Assembly: GCA_050117845.1 (NCBI GenBank)
Contig: JASFLY010000001.1
Location: forward strand, 32,001 to 96,000
Reading direction: 5' to 3'
Length of the DNA stretch: 64,000 nucleotides
DNA from: Candidatus Zixiibacteriota bacterium
GTDB lineage: Bacteria; RBG-13-66-14; B26-G2; WVWN01
Part shown: positions 50,630 through 60,644 of the stretch, in pieces
Layout: each line of letters starts with the position of its first letter
How positions within the stretch are numbered: position 1 is the stretch's first letter
Notes under the pieces: model-generated
The model's input: only the letters and a program-made list of their open reading frames with translations
Databases searched by the model: none
What the model was told of the DNA's origin: nothing
Position numbers and translations under genes: made by a program

Positions 50630-51589
50630 CTATTGCTCGGCTATCAACAAACGGTTATCGTTATCCATCAGAGCCACATAAACTTTATCGGCGGAAGCGG
50701 CTACGGTTATCGGCTGGCCGGGGCGTTCGTTGACGCGGGTTTCGCCAGCCGACTTGGTCGAACCGTCGGCGTTGAGCTGGTAGAACTTCACCCGGGCCGT
50801 TTTATCGTTCCGGTCGACATAACCCAAGTATATCTCGTCACCGAGTACGGCCACGGCGGGTTTATCCATGGGGTCGGTACGAGCGCGTATCTCCGTCCGG
50901 GTCTCTTTTAAATGCCGGTAAGTGGGCCCCTTGGAGGACTTCTCGACGGCGTACGTCGTGAGCATAAACTTCTTCTCAGAGTTCATCCACGCCACGACCA
51001 TCGTATCGCCGGAGAGCGCTATGGACGACCCCACCACGGTTTCGCACTCCGTCAATTTCCGCTCGTTCTCGCGGGAGAGCTTCCCCTTGCTACTTACGTT
51101 GTAAGTGGCGATCCGGATAAGGTCCTCCTTTTCGTCGGTATACCCGACGAACAGCCGGCCGTCCCCGTACGCCAGGCTGACGCCGCCCCGCGTTCGAATA
51201 CTGGTATTCCGAGTATCGACCCGGTCGATCTTCTCCTTACCTTTAATCTTGTAATGCGCGAGTTCCGCCTTCCCGGAACCGTAATCGACCCACGACAGGA
51301 AAATACTGTCGTCGTCCATCGCCAATGCGAACGGCTCGTTAGTCCGAGACGTCATCGGGACGGACGTCTGGAGGTGGGCTTCGCCGCCGTGGACGGGCGA
51401 CAGCGTGAAACGGCCGAATTTTAACATCCGACCCAACCTCGCCCAAGCCACGTATATGTCGTCGCCGCGGACAGCGATAACAGGCGTAAGCGCCACCTTC
51501 TGGTTGGCGTCATACACGGCCGCGAATGCCGCGACCGCGGATATCACCACCACGGAGCCAAATATTACTAAGCGCCGCACGACGTACAC
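50630..51589 (-). CDS. secreted hypothetical protein, probable six-bladed beta-propeller
   Basis: Signal peptide AFA; six repeats like P.IAV.GD.IYVAW. Confidence 0.75.
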   Translation of the reverse strand: MYVVRRLVIFGSVVVISAVAAFAAVYDANQKVALTPVIAVRGDDIYVAWARLGRMLKFGRFTLSPVHGGEAHLQTSVPMTSRTNEPFALAMDDDSIFLSWVDYGSGKAELAHYKIKGKEKIDRVDTRNTSIRTRGGVSLAYGDGRLFVGYTDEKEDLIRIATYNVSSKGKLSRENERKLTECETVVGSSIALSGDTMVVAWMNSEKKFMLTTYAVEKSSKGPTYRHLKETRTEIRARTDPMDKPAVAVLGDEIYLGYVDRNDKTARVKFYQLNADGSTKSAGETRVNERPGQPITVAASADKVYVALMDNDNRLLIAEQ

Positions 51590-51651
51590 CTCCTTTGGAT
51601 TGCCTGGTTAACCCCCGGGGCCGGCTGTCCCTCCGTACGTTTACGGGCCGG

Positions 51652-52575
51652 TTAGCCTTTCAACGGTATTCCAGCCATCTCGTGCGTGGACCGTTCCAGG
51701 AACAACAACCGTTCCCAGTTCTGGTCGACTATACGCTGTATTTCCTCGACGTGCTCGGCAGTGAGATGGGAGAAGCGGCCCTGTAGCTTTAAGTACTCGG
51801 AGACCGGCGTACGTTTCTTCGGTTTACGGTTAATCGTATAGACGCCCTGATCAACCTCGATAAGGGGCCAGACACCGCTATTGACGGCCAGGCGTACGGC
51901 CTTGACGGAATATTCGGGCGCCATCTTCCACCCCGGGGGGCAACTGGCGAATATCTGGAGGAACTTTGTCCCCTCGATCTCCTTGGCCTTGTTTACCTTC
52001 CTCACCACGTCTTCCGGGAAGGCCATCGCCGCAGTCGCAACGTACGGAATCTGGTGGGCCACCATTATATCGACTAGGTTTTTCTTCGGACGTTTTTTAA
52101 AATGGCGCGAGGGAGTCGTCGTCGTCCAGGCACCCCAGGGCGTCGAACTCGAGCGTTGGACGCCCGTATTCATATACGCCTCGTTGTCGTAGCATATGTA
52201 CATAATGTTATCGTTGCGTTCCGCGGCCCCGGAAAGCGCCTGGATGCCGATGTCCGCGGTTCCGCCGTCGCCCGCCCACGCCACGACGTTGACGTCCTTC
52301 TTGCCGACCATCTCCAAACCCGCGGCCAGGCCGCAGGCCGAGGCCGCGGCGGCCTCGAACGCGATGTGAAAGAGCGGGACCCCCAGCGTCGTATACGGGA
52401 ACGGCCCGTCGATGACCGACCAGCAACACGCCGGTACCGTGTATACGGTATCGGGACCTAATGCCTTAAGGGCGTAGCGCATCGCGAGCGCGGCGCCGCA
52501 CCCCTGGCACGCCAAGTGGCCGGAGCAAATATATTCCTCCGCCGGGATCGTAAGTTTCTTTGGAGCGTCTGCCAT
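51652..52575 (-). CDS. porB: 2-oxoacid:ferredoxin oxidoreductase beta subunit
   Basis: GHLACQGCG, GDGGTADIG...DNEAYMNTG (TPP), CP.GW. Confidence 0.92.
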   Translation of the reverse strand: MADAPKKLTIPAEEYICSGHLACQGCGAALAMRYALKALGPDTVYTVPACCWSVIDGPFPYTTLGVPLFHIAFEAAAASACGLAAGLEMVGKKDVNVVAWAGDGGTADIGIQALSGAAERNDNIMYICYDNEAYMNTGVQRSSSTPWGAWTTTTPSRHFKKRPKKNLVDIMVAHQIPYVATAAMAFPEDVVRKVNKAKEIEGTKFLQIFASCPPGWKMAPEYSVKAVRLAVNSGVWPLIEVDQGVYTINRKPKKRTPVSEYLKLQGRFSHLTAEHVEEIQRIVDQNWERLLFLERSTHEMAGIPLKG

Positions 52576-52610
52576 CGCTTTTCTCCTCTATCCTCAGGCC
52601 AAGCCGGACT

Positions 52611-53759
52611 TTAAGGCTTGACGCCGTACCAGTTGAATTCGGGACAATCGGGTTTCTCGGCCTCGTCGGCTATGGCCAACAAGTCCCGGACCTTGACGTC
52701 GCGGCCTCCCAGGCCAGCGATGAAGCCCAGCACCGGCGGGGCGTTTTCCTGTCCGTAGAGCGAAGCTTTAAGCTCGGAGCAGAATATACCTTCCTGGCCG
52801 AAAGATATGTTCCGATCGACGACCACCACGCGCTTCTTTCCGAGGAGCAGGTCCCGAACCTCCTGCCTCGGGAAAGGCCGGAAGGTCCACATCTTGAGGG
52901 CGCCGATTTTCTTCCCGGCAGCGCGGGCCTCGTCCACGGCGTCTTTGGCCGTCGAGGCTATGGTCCCGGACACTACGAGGACCGTTTCCGCGTCGTCGCA
53001 TTTATACGGTTCGGCCATTTTATAATAGCGGCCGGTAATGTCGCCGTACTCCTGGGTCGCCTTCTTAATAACGTCGCGCGCTTCGAGCATAGCGTTGTGT
53101 TCCATGTATTTTAGTTCGTAATAGTGGTCCGGGCCGGTAAGGCCGCCGTAGGCCGCGGGGTTGGCGGGGTCAACGTTGTGCTTGCCCTGATACGGCGGGA
53201 GGTAACGGTCCGCCTCCTCCTGTTCCGGGAAATCGACCGGTTCGGTGGTATGGCTTAAAAAGAACGCGTCGAGTACAACCATCGCCGGCAACTGTACCTG
53301 TTCGGCTACGCGAAACGCGATGAGGATGCTGTCGAAAACGTCCTGATTCGATTCGGCGTAGAACTGCATCCATCCGGTATCGCGCTGACTCAGGCTGTCT
53401 ATCTGGTCGGTCCAAATGGTCCACGGCGGCCCCATGGCCCGGTTAATGTTGGCCAGCACGACCGGAAGCCGGGCGTTGGCGGCCCAGTGGAGAACCTCGT
53501 GCATGAGCGCGAGGCCTTGGGCCGAGGTCGCCGTGAACGTGCGGGCCCCGGCGGCCGAGGCCCCGATGCAGGCCACCATCGCCGAGTGCTCGCTCTCCAC
53601 CTTAATGAACTTGGCGTCCATAACGCCGTCCGCGACGAACTCGCTAATTTTCTCCACGACCTGCGTCTGGGGCGTTATGGGATACGCGGAGACCACCTGC
53701 GCCCGGGCTACCCGGGCCGCGTGTGATACCGTGTGATTACCGGTTACGACTTCTTTCAT
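52611..53759 (-). CDS. porA: 2-oxoacid:ferredoxin oxidoreductase alpha subunit
   Basis: AYPITPQT, VESEHSA, TATS.QGL..M.E, RPFP, GLGGRD. Confidence 0.93.
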   Translation of the reverse strand: MKEVVTGNHTVSHAARVARAQVVSAYPITPQTQVVEKISEFVADGVMDAKFIKVESEHSAMVACIGASAAGARTFTATSAQGLALMHEVLHWAANARLPVVLANINRAMGPPWTIWTDQIDSLSQRDTGWMQFYAESNQDVFDSILIAFRVAEQVQLPAMVVLDAFFLSHTTEPVDFPEQEEADRYLPPYQGKHNVDPANPAAYGGLTGPDHYYELKYMEHNAMLEARDVIKKATQEYGDITGRYYKMAEPYKCDDAETVLVVSGTIASTAKDAVDEARAAGKKIGALKMWTFRPFPRQEVRDLLLGKKRVVVVDRNISFGQEGIFCSELKASLYGQENAPPVLGFIAGLGGRDVKVRDLLAIADEAEKPDCPEFNWYGVKP

Positions 53760-53810
53760 AATTTAACCTTTCGATAAAGAGCCCTGGACGGGGAGGGCGG
53801 GCCTCCCGCC

Positions 53811-54089
53811 TTAAAGACCTTCCTTCATCTCGATACAGTTAACGGGGCATTCCTCGGCGCAGACGCCGCACCCCTTACAATAATCCAGAATGACCTCGGG
53901 TGGGTCGGTACAGGTGATGGCCAGGTCCGGGCAGAATTTCCAGCAGAGCATGCACCGGGTACATTTCTCGTGGTCAATAACGGGCGTAACGTTCCGCCAG
54001 GACCCGGTTTTATTCCAGGACATCCGACCCAGGCTCTTCGCCATCGGCGGCATATCGCTCGCGCCGCGGATTTCAATCTTTTCGGTCAT
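53811..54089 (-). CDS. porD: 2-oxoacid:ferredoxin oxidoreductase delta subunit (2x[4Fe-4S])
   Basis: KTGSWR..P, CTRCMLCWKFCP, CKGCGVCAEECP. Confidence 0.92.
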   Translation of the reverse strand: MTEKIEIRGASDMPPMAKSLGRMSWNKTGSWRNVTPVIDHEKCTRCMLCWKFCPDLAITCTDPPEVILDYCKGCGVCAEECPVNCIEMKEGL

Positions 54090-54091
54090 CG

Positions 54092-57000
54092 TTACCTCGC
54101 CTTACGTTTACGGCCGGCGGCCGGTTTCTCGCTCGCGACCAGCGAGCGGATGCGGTCGGCCTTCTGCTTGTTACCCAAATTCTCAAAATACCTCGCCGCG
54201 GCGACGAGAAGAGGTTGCGCCCTTTGCGCTTCTTCCGCCTCCGCGAAGAATTTACCGTAATCGACCCGGGCCTGGGCGGCGGCCAACGTGTCCGTCGCGG
54301 CCAGCACGTCTACCGCCTTCTTGAAATAGCGGGCCGCGGCGCCCCGGCTGCCCGAGGCCGCGGCGGTCAGGGCGTTAGCGTACGCGAGCATTCCCCCCCA
54401 GCGGCGGCCCGGCACACGGCTTATCATTTCCTTGGCCTTGGCGGCCGCCTTCTGCGCCCGCTTCGGACGGCCGGCCCGGGCATAGGCCGCCGCCAGTCGT
54501 ATTTGTGCCTTTAGGCCCAGGTAAGGCTCGAGCGACTTCTTCCCGGCCTTGGCCGCTTCGCTGAAACAACGGCACGCCTCGTCGTAATCGCCCCTCGCGG
54601 CCGCCACCCGGCCAGCGGCGTAATTATAAGAATAATCCAGATTGAAAGCGGTCAATTCCTCGGCGCGACGGGATGCCTGCTTGAGGTACTGGTTCGCCGA
54701 GGCGCTCCGCCCCGCCTCGGCCTGGGCCGCGCCGAGCGTAACCAGACACCGAAATTCACGGTACTTGTCGTCCGCCTTCCGCGCCAGCCGGAGCGCAGCT
54801 TTCAACTCGTCCAAGGCTCCGCCGAAATCCGCCCGGCGCAAACCTATCGCCCCCAGGTTATAACGCGCTTCCGCTTCGAGCCGTTTCCGGCCGGCTTGGC
54901 GAGCGATGGAAATCGCCCGTTCGAGGTAATCCGTCGCGGCCTTTAAATCGTCGTCGTATGCTTTCGCGTAAGCCAACCGTATTAAAATGGAGGCCGTTAT
55001 TGCCCGGTTGCCCAAACCGGCCGCTATACCGAGGGCGTCGTTAAAGAACCGGAGGGCTTCTTTGAAAACGCCGTCGCGCAGGGCGGAGACGCCGAGCTCG
55101 GCCAACGCCGCGGCTTCGCCCCGCCGATTGCCGATTTCGCCCGCCAGCTTAAGCGCCCGGCGATAGCACTCGGTCGCCCCCCGCACATCGCCGCGCGACG
55201 AGGCGATGTCGCCGATCCCCCCCGCGACGAGCATCGACAGGTTCTTGTCGCCGCCCTTGGCCGCCATCGTCTCGGCCATGTGGAAATAACTCAACGCCTT
55301 GGGCAAATCGAAATTGCGGGCCGAGCGTTCGCCCAGATTGTAAAGGGCCCGGGCGATATCCGGCGTCGCGTCGGATTTCTTAAAGACGGCCAAAGCAGCG
55401 TCGAGATTCGACACCGCCCGGGCCTCGTCGCCCAGCGCCCCGTACGCCCGGCCCGCCAGGTTCATCGCCTTCGCGAGGCTTAAAAGATCGTCGATTTCCC
55501 GGGCGGCCTCTTTAGCCTTTTCCAGCACCCCCACGGCGTCCCCGAACTTCCCCTGGGCCAGGTAAATCTCGCCGCGCCGGGAGTTGAGTTCGACGAGTTC
55601 GCGGCGTATTAATTCGTCGCCGAAACCGCCCTTGCCGATTTTCGCCGCGGCCACGGCCATGCGGTCGTAGTGCTTAAGGGCCTCGGGGGCTTCGTACGTC
55701 CCCCACGCCCGGTCGCCGGCGAGCCGCGCGAAGACCAAAACCTTCTCCCACAATTCGCCGACGTACGAATGCCAGGACAGATCGGGAACGACGTCCAAGT
55801 CGCCCTCACGGAAACGCCGCTCCAGATAGCGGGCTATGTTCTGGTGGAGGCGTTTGCGCCGCCGCTTCCCTATCTGTCGATAAACCTCGTCCCGCAATCG
55901 GCCGTGGGCGAAACGATAGCGCTCGGCGTTGCCGGCGGCCGGTACTATTAATTCGTGTTCGGTACACACGTCCAGGATATCGGCGAGGTAACCTTCGTTA
56001 ATGGTGACCGCGGCGCGAATGCCCTCGGCCGTAAATTCGTCCCCCAGCGCCGCCGCCGCTTCCAGGACCTTAACCGTCCGGTCGTCCAACCGACTGAGTC
56101 GCCGCTGGATAATGCCGCGAACCGAACCCGGCACCTCGTACTCCGCCGGGATGCTTTCGCCCTCGACGGCGAACCGGCGCGGCGACATCCCGTCCTCGTA
56201 GAAAGACTTCAACGTCTCTTCCACGAAAAGCGGGTTACCCTCCGTTTCGCGGTACACGAAATCGGCGAAACTCGGCGCCACTTCCGGGACGCGGAAAATA
56301 AGCCGTATCATCTCGGCCACGGCTTCGGCGCCCAAGCGCTCGAGTTTAATCGTATCGACGTTGCGGTCTCGGATGACCGCTCGCAGGGCCGTCGACAATT
56401 CGGGCGTCCGAGCCCGGTGCCCCGCGAGTTCCTCCGGCCTGTACGTCGTTATCGTTAATATCTTTTCGGTCGTAAGGCCGTTCAAGAGGAAACGCAAAAG
56501 CGAAAGCGACCCTTCCTCAGCCCAGTGGATATCCTCCAAAACCAGCGCCACGGGGCCGCGGGAGGCCAAAGCCGTCAACAAATAGCGGAATCCCACGAAG
56601 AGGCGGAGGCGCGCCTGCTCCGGCCCGAGTTCGTAAAAGGGCGCGGTATCGAAGCCGAAGGCCGCCAATTCCGGAATAACGTTGTATAGTTCCCGTTGGT
56701 ACGCTCGGGGGATGCCGGCCACGCGTGCGGCTACGTTTTCGGGCGGCGATTTTAGGAACCCGGCCACAGCCTCCCGGAAAGGCTGATAGGCGAACCCGGT
56801 AGGCTCCTCGAAGGATTGTCCCTCCAGAACGGCCACGCCCTGCATACCCAAGAAATCCACGAAATCCCGAACCAGCCTGGTTTTGCCCACGCCGGTTTCG
56901 CCGATTATCGTTACCAGTCCCCCGCGGCCGTCGCCGGCCCGGCCCCATAATTTTCGGAGCAGCCTTTTTTCGCGTTCGCGCCCCACCATCTTGGGGCAGA

Positions 57001-57571
57001 ATACGGGGCGGGACAAGCGCTCCTCCAACGCCTCGGCTTCGCTCGCCCGCGCCTGGTCGACCGCCATGTTCCGGCCGCGGTGTTTGGCGACGAGAAGGGC
57101 CTGGTCCGCCTTGTCAAGGATACTCTGCGCGTCGCCGGCGTCCACCGGGAACGCCGCCACACCGACGCTGAGGGTGATATGGACGTCCCGTTTGGCCCGA
57201 TTGGAATAAACCGGCGTCCGTCGGAAGTCGGCCAGTACGCGTTCGGCCGCGTATATAGCCTCGTCCGAGCCGGTTTCGGGCAGAATAGCGGCGAACTCGT
57301 CTCCGGCGTAACGGAACACCAGGTCGACGCCACGAACGACGTTCCGGAGCCTACCGGCGACGTCCCGGAGGACCTCGTCTCCGGTCAGATGGCCGAAAAC
57401 GTCGTTTATTTCTTTGAAACGGTCGATATCGACGAAAAGAAGGGCGAACGTACGGCCGTAACGCTTGGCGCGGGCTACCTCTTCGTCCAAACGCTGGAAG
57501 AAGTACCGGCGGTTATACGTCCGCGTACATTCGTCGATAAATAGTAGCTGTTCCAGCTCCGGCTCGGCCAT
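54092..57571 (-). CDS. diguanylate cyclase (GGDEF) - STAND/AAA_16 NTPase - TPR protein
   Basis: DIDRFKEIND.FGHL.GD, RGVD I-site, RYAGDEF; GETGVGKT, LEDIHWA, GNPLF, YRFAH; C-terminal TPRs. Confidence 0.92.
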   Translation of the reverse strand: MAEPELEQLLFIDECTRTYNRRYFFQRLDEEVARAKRYGRTFALLFVDIDRFKEINDVFGHLTGDEVLRDVAGRLRNVVRGVDLVFRYAGDEFAAILPETGSDEAIYAAERVLADFRRTPVYSNRAKRDVHITLSVGVAAFPVDAGDAQSILDKADQALLVAKHRGRNMAVDQARASEAEALEERLSRPVFCPKMVGREREKRLLRKLWGRAGDGRGGLVTIIGETGVGKTRLVRDFVDFLGMQGVAVLEGQSFEEPTGFAYQPFREAVAGFLKSPPENVAARVAGIPRAYQRELYNVIPELAAFGFDTAPFYELGPEQARLRLFVGFRYLLTALASRGPVALVLEDIHWAEEGSLSLLRFLLNGLTTEKILTITTYRPEELAGHRARTPELSTALRAVIRDRNVDTIKLERLGAEAVAEMIRLIFRVPEVAPSFADFVYRETEGNPLFVEETLKSFYEDGMSPRRFAVEGESIPAEYEVPGSVRGIIQRRLSRLDDRTVKVLEAAAALGDEFTAEGIRAAVTINEGYLADILDVCTEHELIVPAAGNAERYRFAHGRLRDEVYRQIGKRRRKRLHQNIARYLERRFREGDLDVVPDLSWHSYVGELWEKVLVFARLAGDRAWGTYEAPEALKHYDRMAVAAAKIGKGGFGDELIRRELVELNSRRGEIYLAQGKFGDAVGVLEKAKEAAREIDDLLSLAKAMNLAGRAYGALGDEARAVSNLDAALAVFKKSDATPDIARALYNLGERSARNFDLPKALSYFHMAETMAAKGGDKNLSMLVAGGIGDIASSRGDVRGATECYRRALKLAGEIGNRRGEAAALAELGVSALRDGVFKEALRFFNDALGIAAGLGNRAITASILIRLAYAKAYDDDLKAATDYLERAISIARQAGRKRLEAEARYNLGAIGLRRADFGGALDELKAALRLARKADDKYREFRCLVTLGAAQAEAGRSASANQYLKQASRRAEELTAFNLDYSYNYAAGRVAAARGDYDEACRCFSEAAKAGKKSLEPYLGLKAQIRLAAAYARAGRPKRAQKAAAKAKEMISRVPGRRWGGMLAYANALTAAASGSRGAAARYFKKAVDVLAATDTLAAAQARVDYGKFFAEAEEAQRAQPLLVAAARYFENLGNKQKADRIRSLVASEKPAAGRKRKAR

Positions 57572-57611
57572 GAGCCGCCACCGCCATAGATGGGTTTTGC
57601 CGGGGTCGCGG

Positions 57612-58166
57612 TTACGCCGCCGGCGCGGCTTCGAACGCGGCCCGGGCTACCTTGGCGTTTTTCCCGTCTTTATCTCGAGGGAAGTATTTCCGGATGGAAT
57701 CCGCCAACGCGTCGATACCTACGAGGCCCGTAACCTTGGCGAAGACGCCGAGCATCGTCGTGTTGACGATGGGGGCCGTCCGGCTTCCGAGGCCGTGGTC
57801 GACGGCCAACGACGTACCGTCGAAGGTGCGGATGTCGAAACCGTCACCCAGCTTCAACGCCCCGGGTTCCAGGGGAGAGTTAACGATTATCTTCCCCGAC
57901 GGTTTTACGCCCGACGTCACGTCGACCGCCTCGACCAACGTGGGATCCAGTACCATGACGTAACCCGGCTCTTCGATCTCACATTTAACCCTGATGGGTT
58001 TATCGTCGACCCGGATGAACGCCGCTACCGGCGCGCCGCGCCGTTCCACGCCGAACATGGGAAAGGATTGGACGTTGCGCCCTTCGTTAAAAATCGCGTC
58101 GGCGATAATACTCGACGCCATCGCGGCGCCCTGGCCGCCGCGGCCGTGGAACCTAATCTCTATCAT
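57612..58166 (-). CDS. porC: 2-oxoacid:ferredoxin oxidoreductase gamma subunit
   Basis: EIRFHGRGGQG, FP.FG.ERRGAPV, NT.MLG. Confidence 0.93.
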   Translation of the reverse strand: MIEIRFHGRGGQGAAMASSIIADAIFNEGRNVQSFPMFGVERRGAPVAAFIRVDDKPIRVKCEIEEPGYVMVLDPTLVEAVDVTSGVKPSGKIIVNSPLEPGALKLGDGFDIRTFDGTSLAVDHGLGSRTAPIVNTTMLGVFAKVTGLVGIDALADSIRKYFPRDKDGKNAKVARAAFEAAPAA

Positions 58167-58362
58167 AGCTTACCCCTACTCTAGCCGCGCGCCCTACGCG
58201 CGACTTAAGGAATGGATTTTCACTATAAGACACACGTGCGGCTTTTGCAAGTCCTTTCAATCACCGTCCTAAACGTCGGATCCGGGGAACGGCGGCGAAA
58301 CCGCGTTATTCTTAATCCGAGGGGAACCCCCACCCCGAATTCTCCAAACGTATATTATTCGG

Positions 58363-58791
58363 TTACTCCAACTCCTCCGGCCGTGGCAGGCGGCCCGATT
58401 CCGCCAACCGCGCGGCGAGCCGCCCCATACTCTCGAACTGCCGCATGCAAAGCTTATACTCTTCGGCCGTGATGCCGGCTGTCCGCGGATAAAGATATAC
58501 TAACAGGCCGTCACGCGAACCTAATAGCGTCCGGACTGGGGGGCAGGGGAAATCGGCGCAATCGGCGCAGATATCGGCGCCCCGTTCGCGGGCGCAAGGC
58601 CGGACCTTACATTCCTTATCGGCGACTACGCCGTCGCTGCGGCAACCGTCGCATTTAACGTTTTCAGCGGTGTAACATTCGTGGCCGAAATATTTACGCC
58701 AACCGTCCACCAACTTCTGCCGGAGCGCTACGTCGTCGCTTCGGGCCGCGCAGGAAGCGCAGTCGTAACCGCAATAACCTATCATTTCCAC
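58363..58791 (-). CDS. DUF3795-like Cys-rich protein
   Basis: IGYCG.DC..C, C.GC, C.V..CA, CADC..FPC; GGAGG RBS. Confidence 0.8.
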   Translation of the reverse strand: MEMIGYCGYDCASCAARSDDVALRQKLVDGWRKYFGHECYTAENVKCDGCRSDGVVADKECKVRPCARERGADICADCADFPCPPVRTLLGSRDGLLVYLYPRTAGITAEEYKLCMRQFESMGRLAARLAESGRLPRPEELE

Positions 58792-58875
58792 GAATACGCC
58801 TCCCCTTCGACCCGTCGCATCGGGTTCGATTTCGAACTTAAGAGGCGACGAAAACCACGCCGGAGGATATCGCCC

Positions 58876-59145
58876 CTAACTCGGCAGCCGGGCCAAAGCC
58901 GCCGCCAATTCACTTTCTGACCGGCCCTCTATCTCCAACAATTTATACCGGGCCGTAGCGCCGCGGAGTACTTTAACGGCTCCGGGCCGCACGCCCAGAA
59001 ACGCCGCTACCAGCGCGACGAGTTCCTTGTTGGCCTTGCCCGCCTCCGGGGCCGCGGCCACCCGGACTTTAAGGACGTCGCCTTGCCGGCCCGCTACGCC
59101 CGGCCGCCGGGCTTTGGGCGTGACCTGGACCTCGAGGCGAGCCAC
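58876..59145 (-). CDS. DUF167/YggU family protein
   Basis: V.PKA, LKVRV.AAPE.GKAN.EL, G.T.R.K. Confidence 0.9.
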   Translation of the reverse strand: MARLEVQVTPKARRPGVAGRQGDVLKVRVAAAPEAGKANKELVALVAAFLGVRPGAVKVLRGATARYKLLEIEGRSESELAAALARLPS

Positions 59146-59149
59146 TGGC

Positions 59150-59752
59150 CTAGCCCCCTTCGCCGTTCCCGGTCACTTCGATTTCGAGTTCACCGCCGTC
59201 AGCCGTGGGTTCTTTCCTCGGCGGCGCGGCCTGCGGACGGTTCTCGGCGGGCGCGGCCGGTTTCGTTTTTTCGGGAGTTTTCGCTGGATCGGCCCCGGCA
59301 CCCTCGGTTTTGGCGTAATCGGCGAGGAAGCGGTACTGTTGATCCAAAAAGGCTTTATATCGGATAACGAAAGAATCCCGGTAACGCCGGAGGTCGTCCA
59401 CTTGCGCTTGGATGCGAACCAATTTCTTATGGGCGTCGGCGACGATACGTTGCGCCTCCGCCCGCGCCAACGCCGAGGCGGCCTCGACTTTATGTTGGGA
59501 CGCCTTGGCTATCTCCTCTTTCATTTCCTGCGCCGTGACGAGTGTATCTTTCAACCGCTGGTCGAGGTTCTGGTATTCGGCAACTCGTTCATCGAGAACC
59601 TTTATTCGGTCTTTTAGATGTAGGTTCTCCTGAACGTGCGTTTCAAGTTCGTCGGCCACCTGAGCGAGGAACGCGTCGACCTCGTCCATATCGTAGCCGC
59701 GCAAACTCCTTCGAAATTCCTGGGCGTGGATGTCCTGGGGAGTAATCTTCAT
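59150..59752 (-). CDS. divIVA: DivIVA domain protein
   Basis: ITPQDI..QEF....RGYD..EVD.FL followed by coiled coil. Confidence 0.92.
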   Translation of the reverse strand: MKITPQDIHAQEFRRSLRGYDMDEVDAFLAQVADELETHVQENLHLKDRIKVLDERVAEYQNLDQRLKDTLVTAQEMKEEIAKASQHKVEAASALARAEAQRIVADAHKKLVRIQAQVDDLRRYRDSFVIRYKAFLDQQYRFLADYAKTEGAGADPAKTPEKTKPAAPAENRPQAAPPRKEPTADGGELEIEVTGNGEGG

Positions 59753-59993
59753 TTACGACCTCCGCCGGGCGCAACGGCCCGACCCATTAGGCGAGGCGGT
59801 ACTCGTCAAAGAGCCGTTAGGATTAGGGCGGCCCGGCGGATTACGAAATCGACCCTTCGGCCGGGGTACGCCACTGCCGGATACTACCCGCGCCCGGAAC
59901 GCAAAACAAGCCGCCCGGCGGCAATTCGGCTCCGATAAAGGTATTCCAGCAATCCGAACGGGGGAAATTAGGTGCATTCATCGCGTTCGTAGA

Positions 59994-60022
59994 AATATAT
60001 CAACGGCGTGGCGCCGTGTCAA
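59994..60022 (-). promoter_or_regulatory. sigma70-like promoter upstream of divIVA leader
   Basis: TTGACA-17 nt-TATATT. Confidence 0.65.
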
Positions 60023-60048
60023 GGGATTCGCGGAACCGGAGAAGAGGC

Positions 60049-60075
60049 AAAAACGCCCCGCCGAGGGGCGGGGCG
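60049..60075 (-). terminator. terminator of DUF151 gene
   Basis: CGCCCCGCC-4 nt-GGCGGGGCG with T5 on minus strand. Confidence 0.75.
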
Positions 60076-60101
60076 CTCGATTAAATCCGTATCGAAAGCG
60101 A

Positions 60102-60587
60102 TTAGGCCCCGAAGAAATCCTCGGGCTCGACGTCGCGGAACGGAAACTCGTCTATAGAGCGGAACTTCATAACGGGCATAATCGTTTCGGCGACGTAAAT
60201 GGGGGCGTTACACCTAACGGCGAGTGCGACCGCGTCGGAGGGACGGACCTCCAAACACACCGGGTCGGCCCCGTTGGCCGCCTGGACTTCCAGCGTAGCG
60301 CCGAAGACACGGGACTCCGTCAACTCGTCGATTATAACGCGCTTGATGCTGACGCCGCCGACCTCGGCTAACGACAGAGCGGTATCGTGCTCCAAAGGAA
60401 CGCCGACGTATTCGCGCCTGTACTCCGGGTCTATCGCCGCGCACACCGATCTGGCCGCGGCCTTCGACACGGCGATCACGAAGGCCCGATTGTCGCCGAC
60501 CTCCTGTAGTACGATTAACGGCGTACCGCCCTCGTCGTAATACTTGACGCCGGTAATCCGGAATTCGTTATACGTTGCCACTCGCAT
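60102..60587 (-). CDS. bifunctional nuclease family (DUF151)
   Basis: PLIVL.E....R.F.I, PL.HD, RPSDAVALAVR..APIYV. Confidence 0.88.
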   Translation of the reverse strand: MRVATYNEFRITGVKYYDEGGTPLIVLQEVGDNRAFVIAVSKAAARSVCAAIDPEYRREYVGVPLEHDTALSLAEVGGVSIKRVIIDELTESRVFGATLEVQAANGADPVCLEVRPSDAVALAVRCNAPIYVAETIMPVMKFRSIDEFPFRDVEPEDFFGA

Positions 60588-60644
60588 ACCCCCCGCGCGG
60601 CCTATAAACGCCGATCCTTCCCTACCCTTACGAAGGAATATTAA

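Noticed and set aside
59753..59977. yggT gene expected upstream of divIVA
   Set aside because: No frame gives a hydrophobic YggT-like protein
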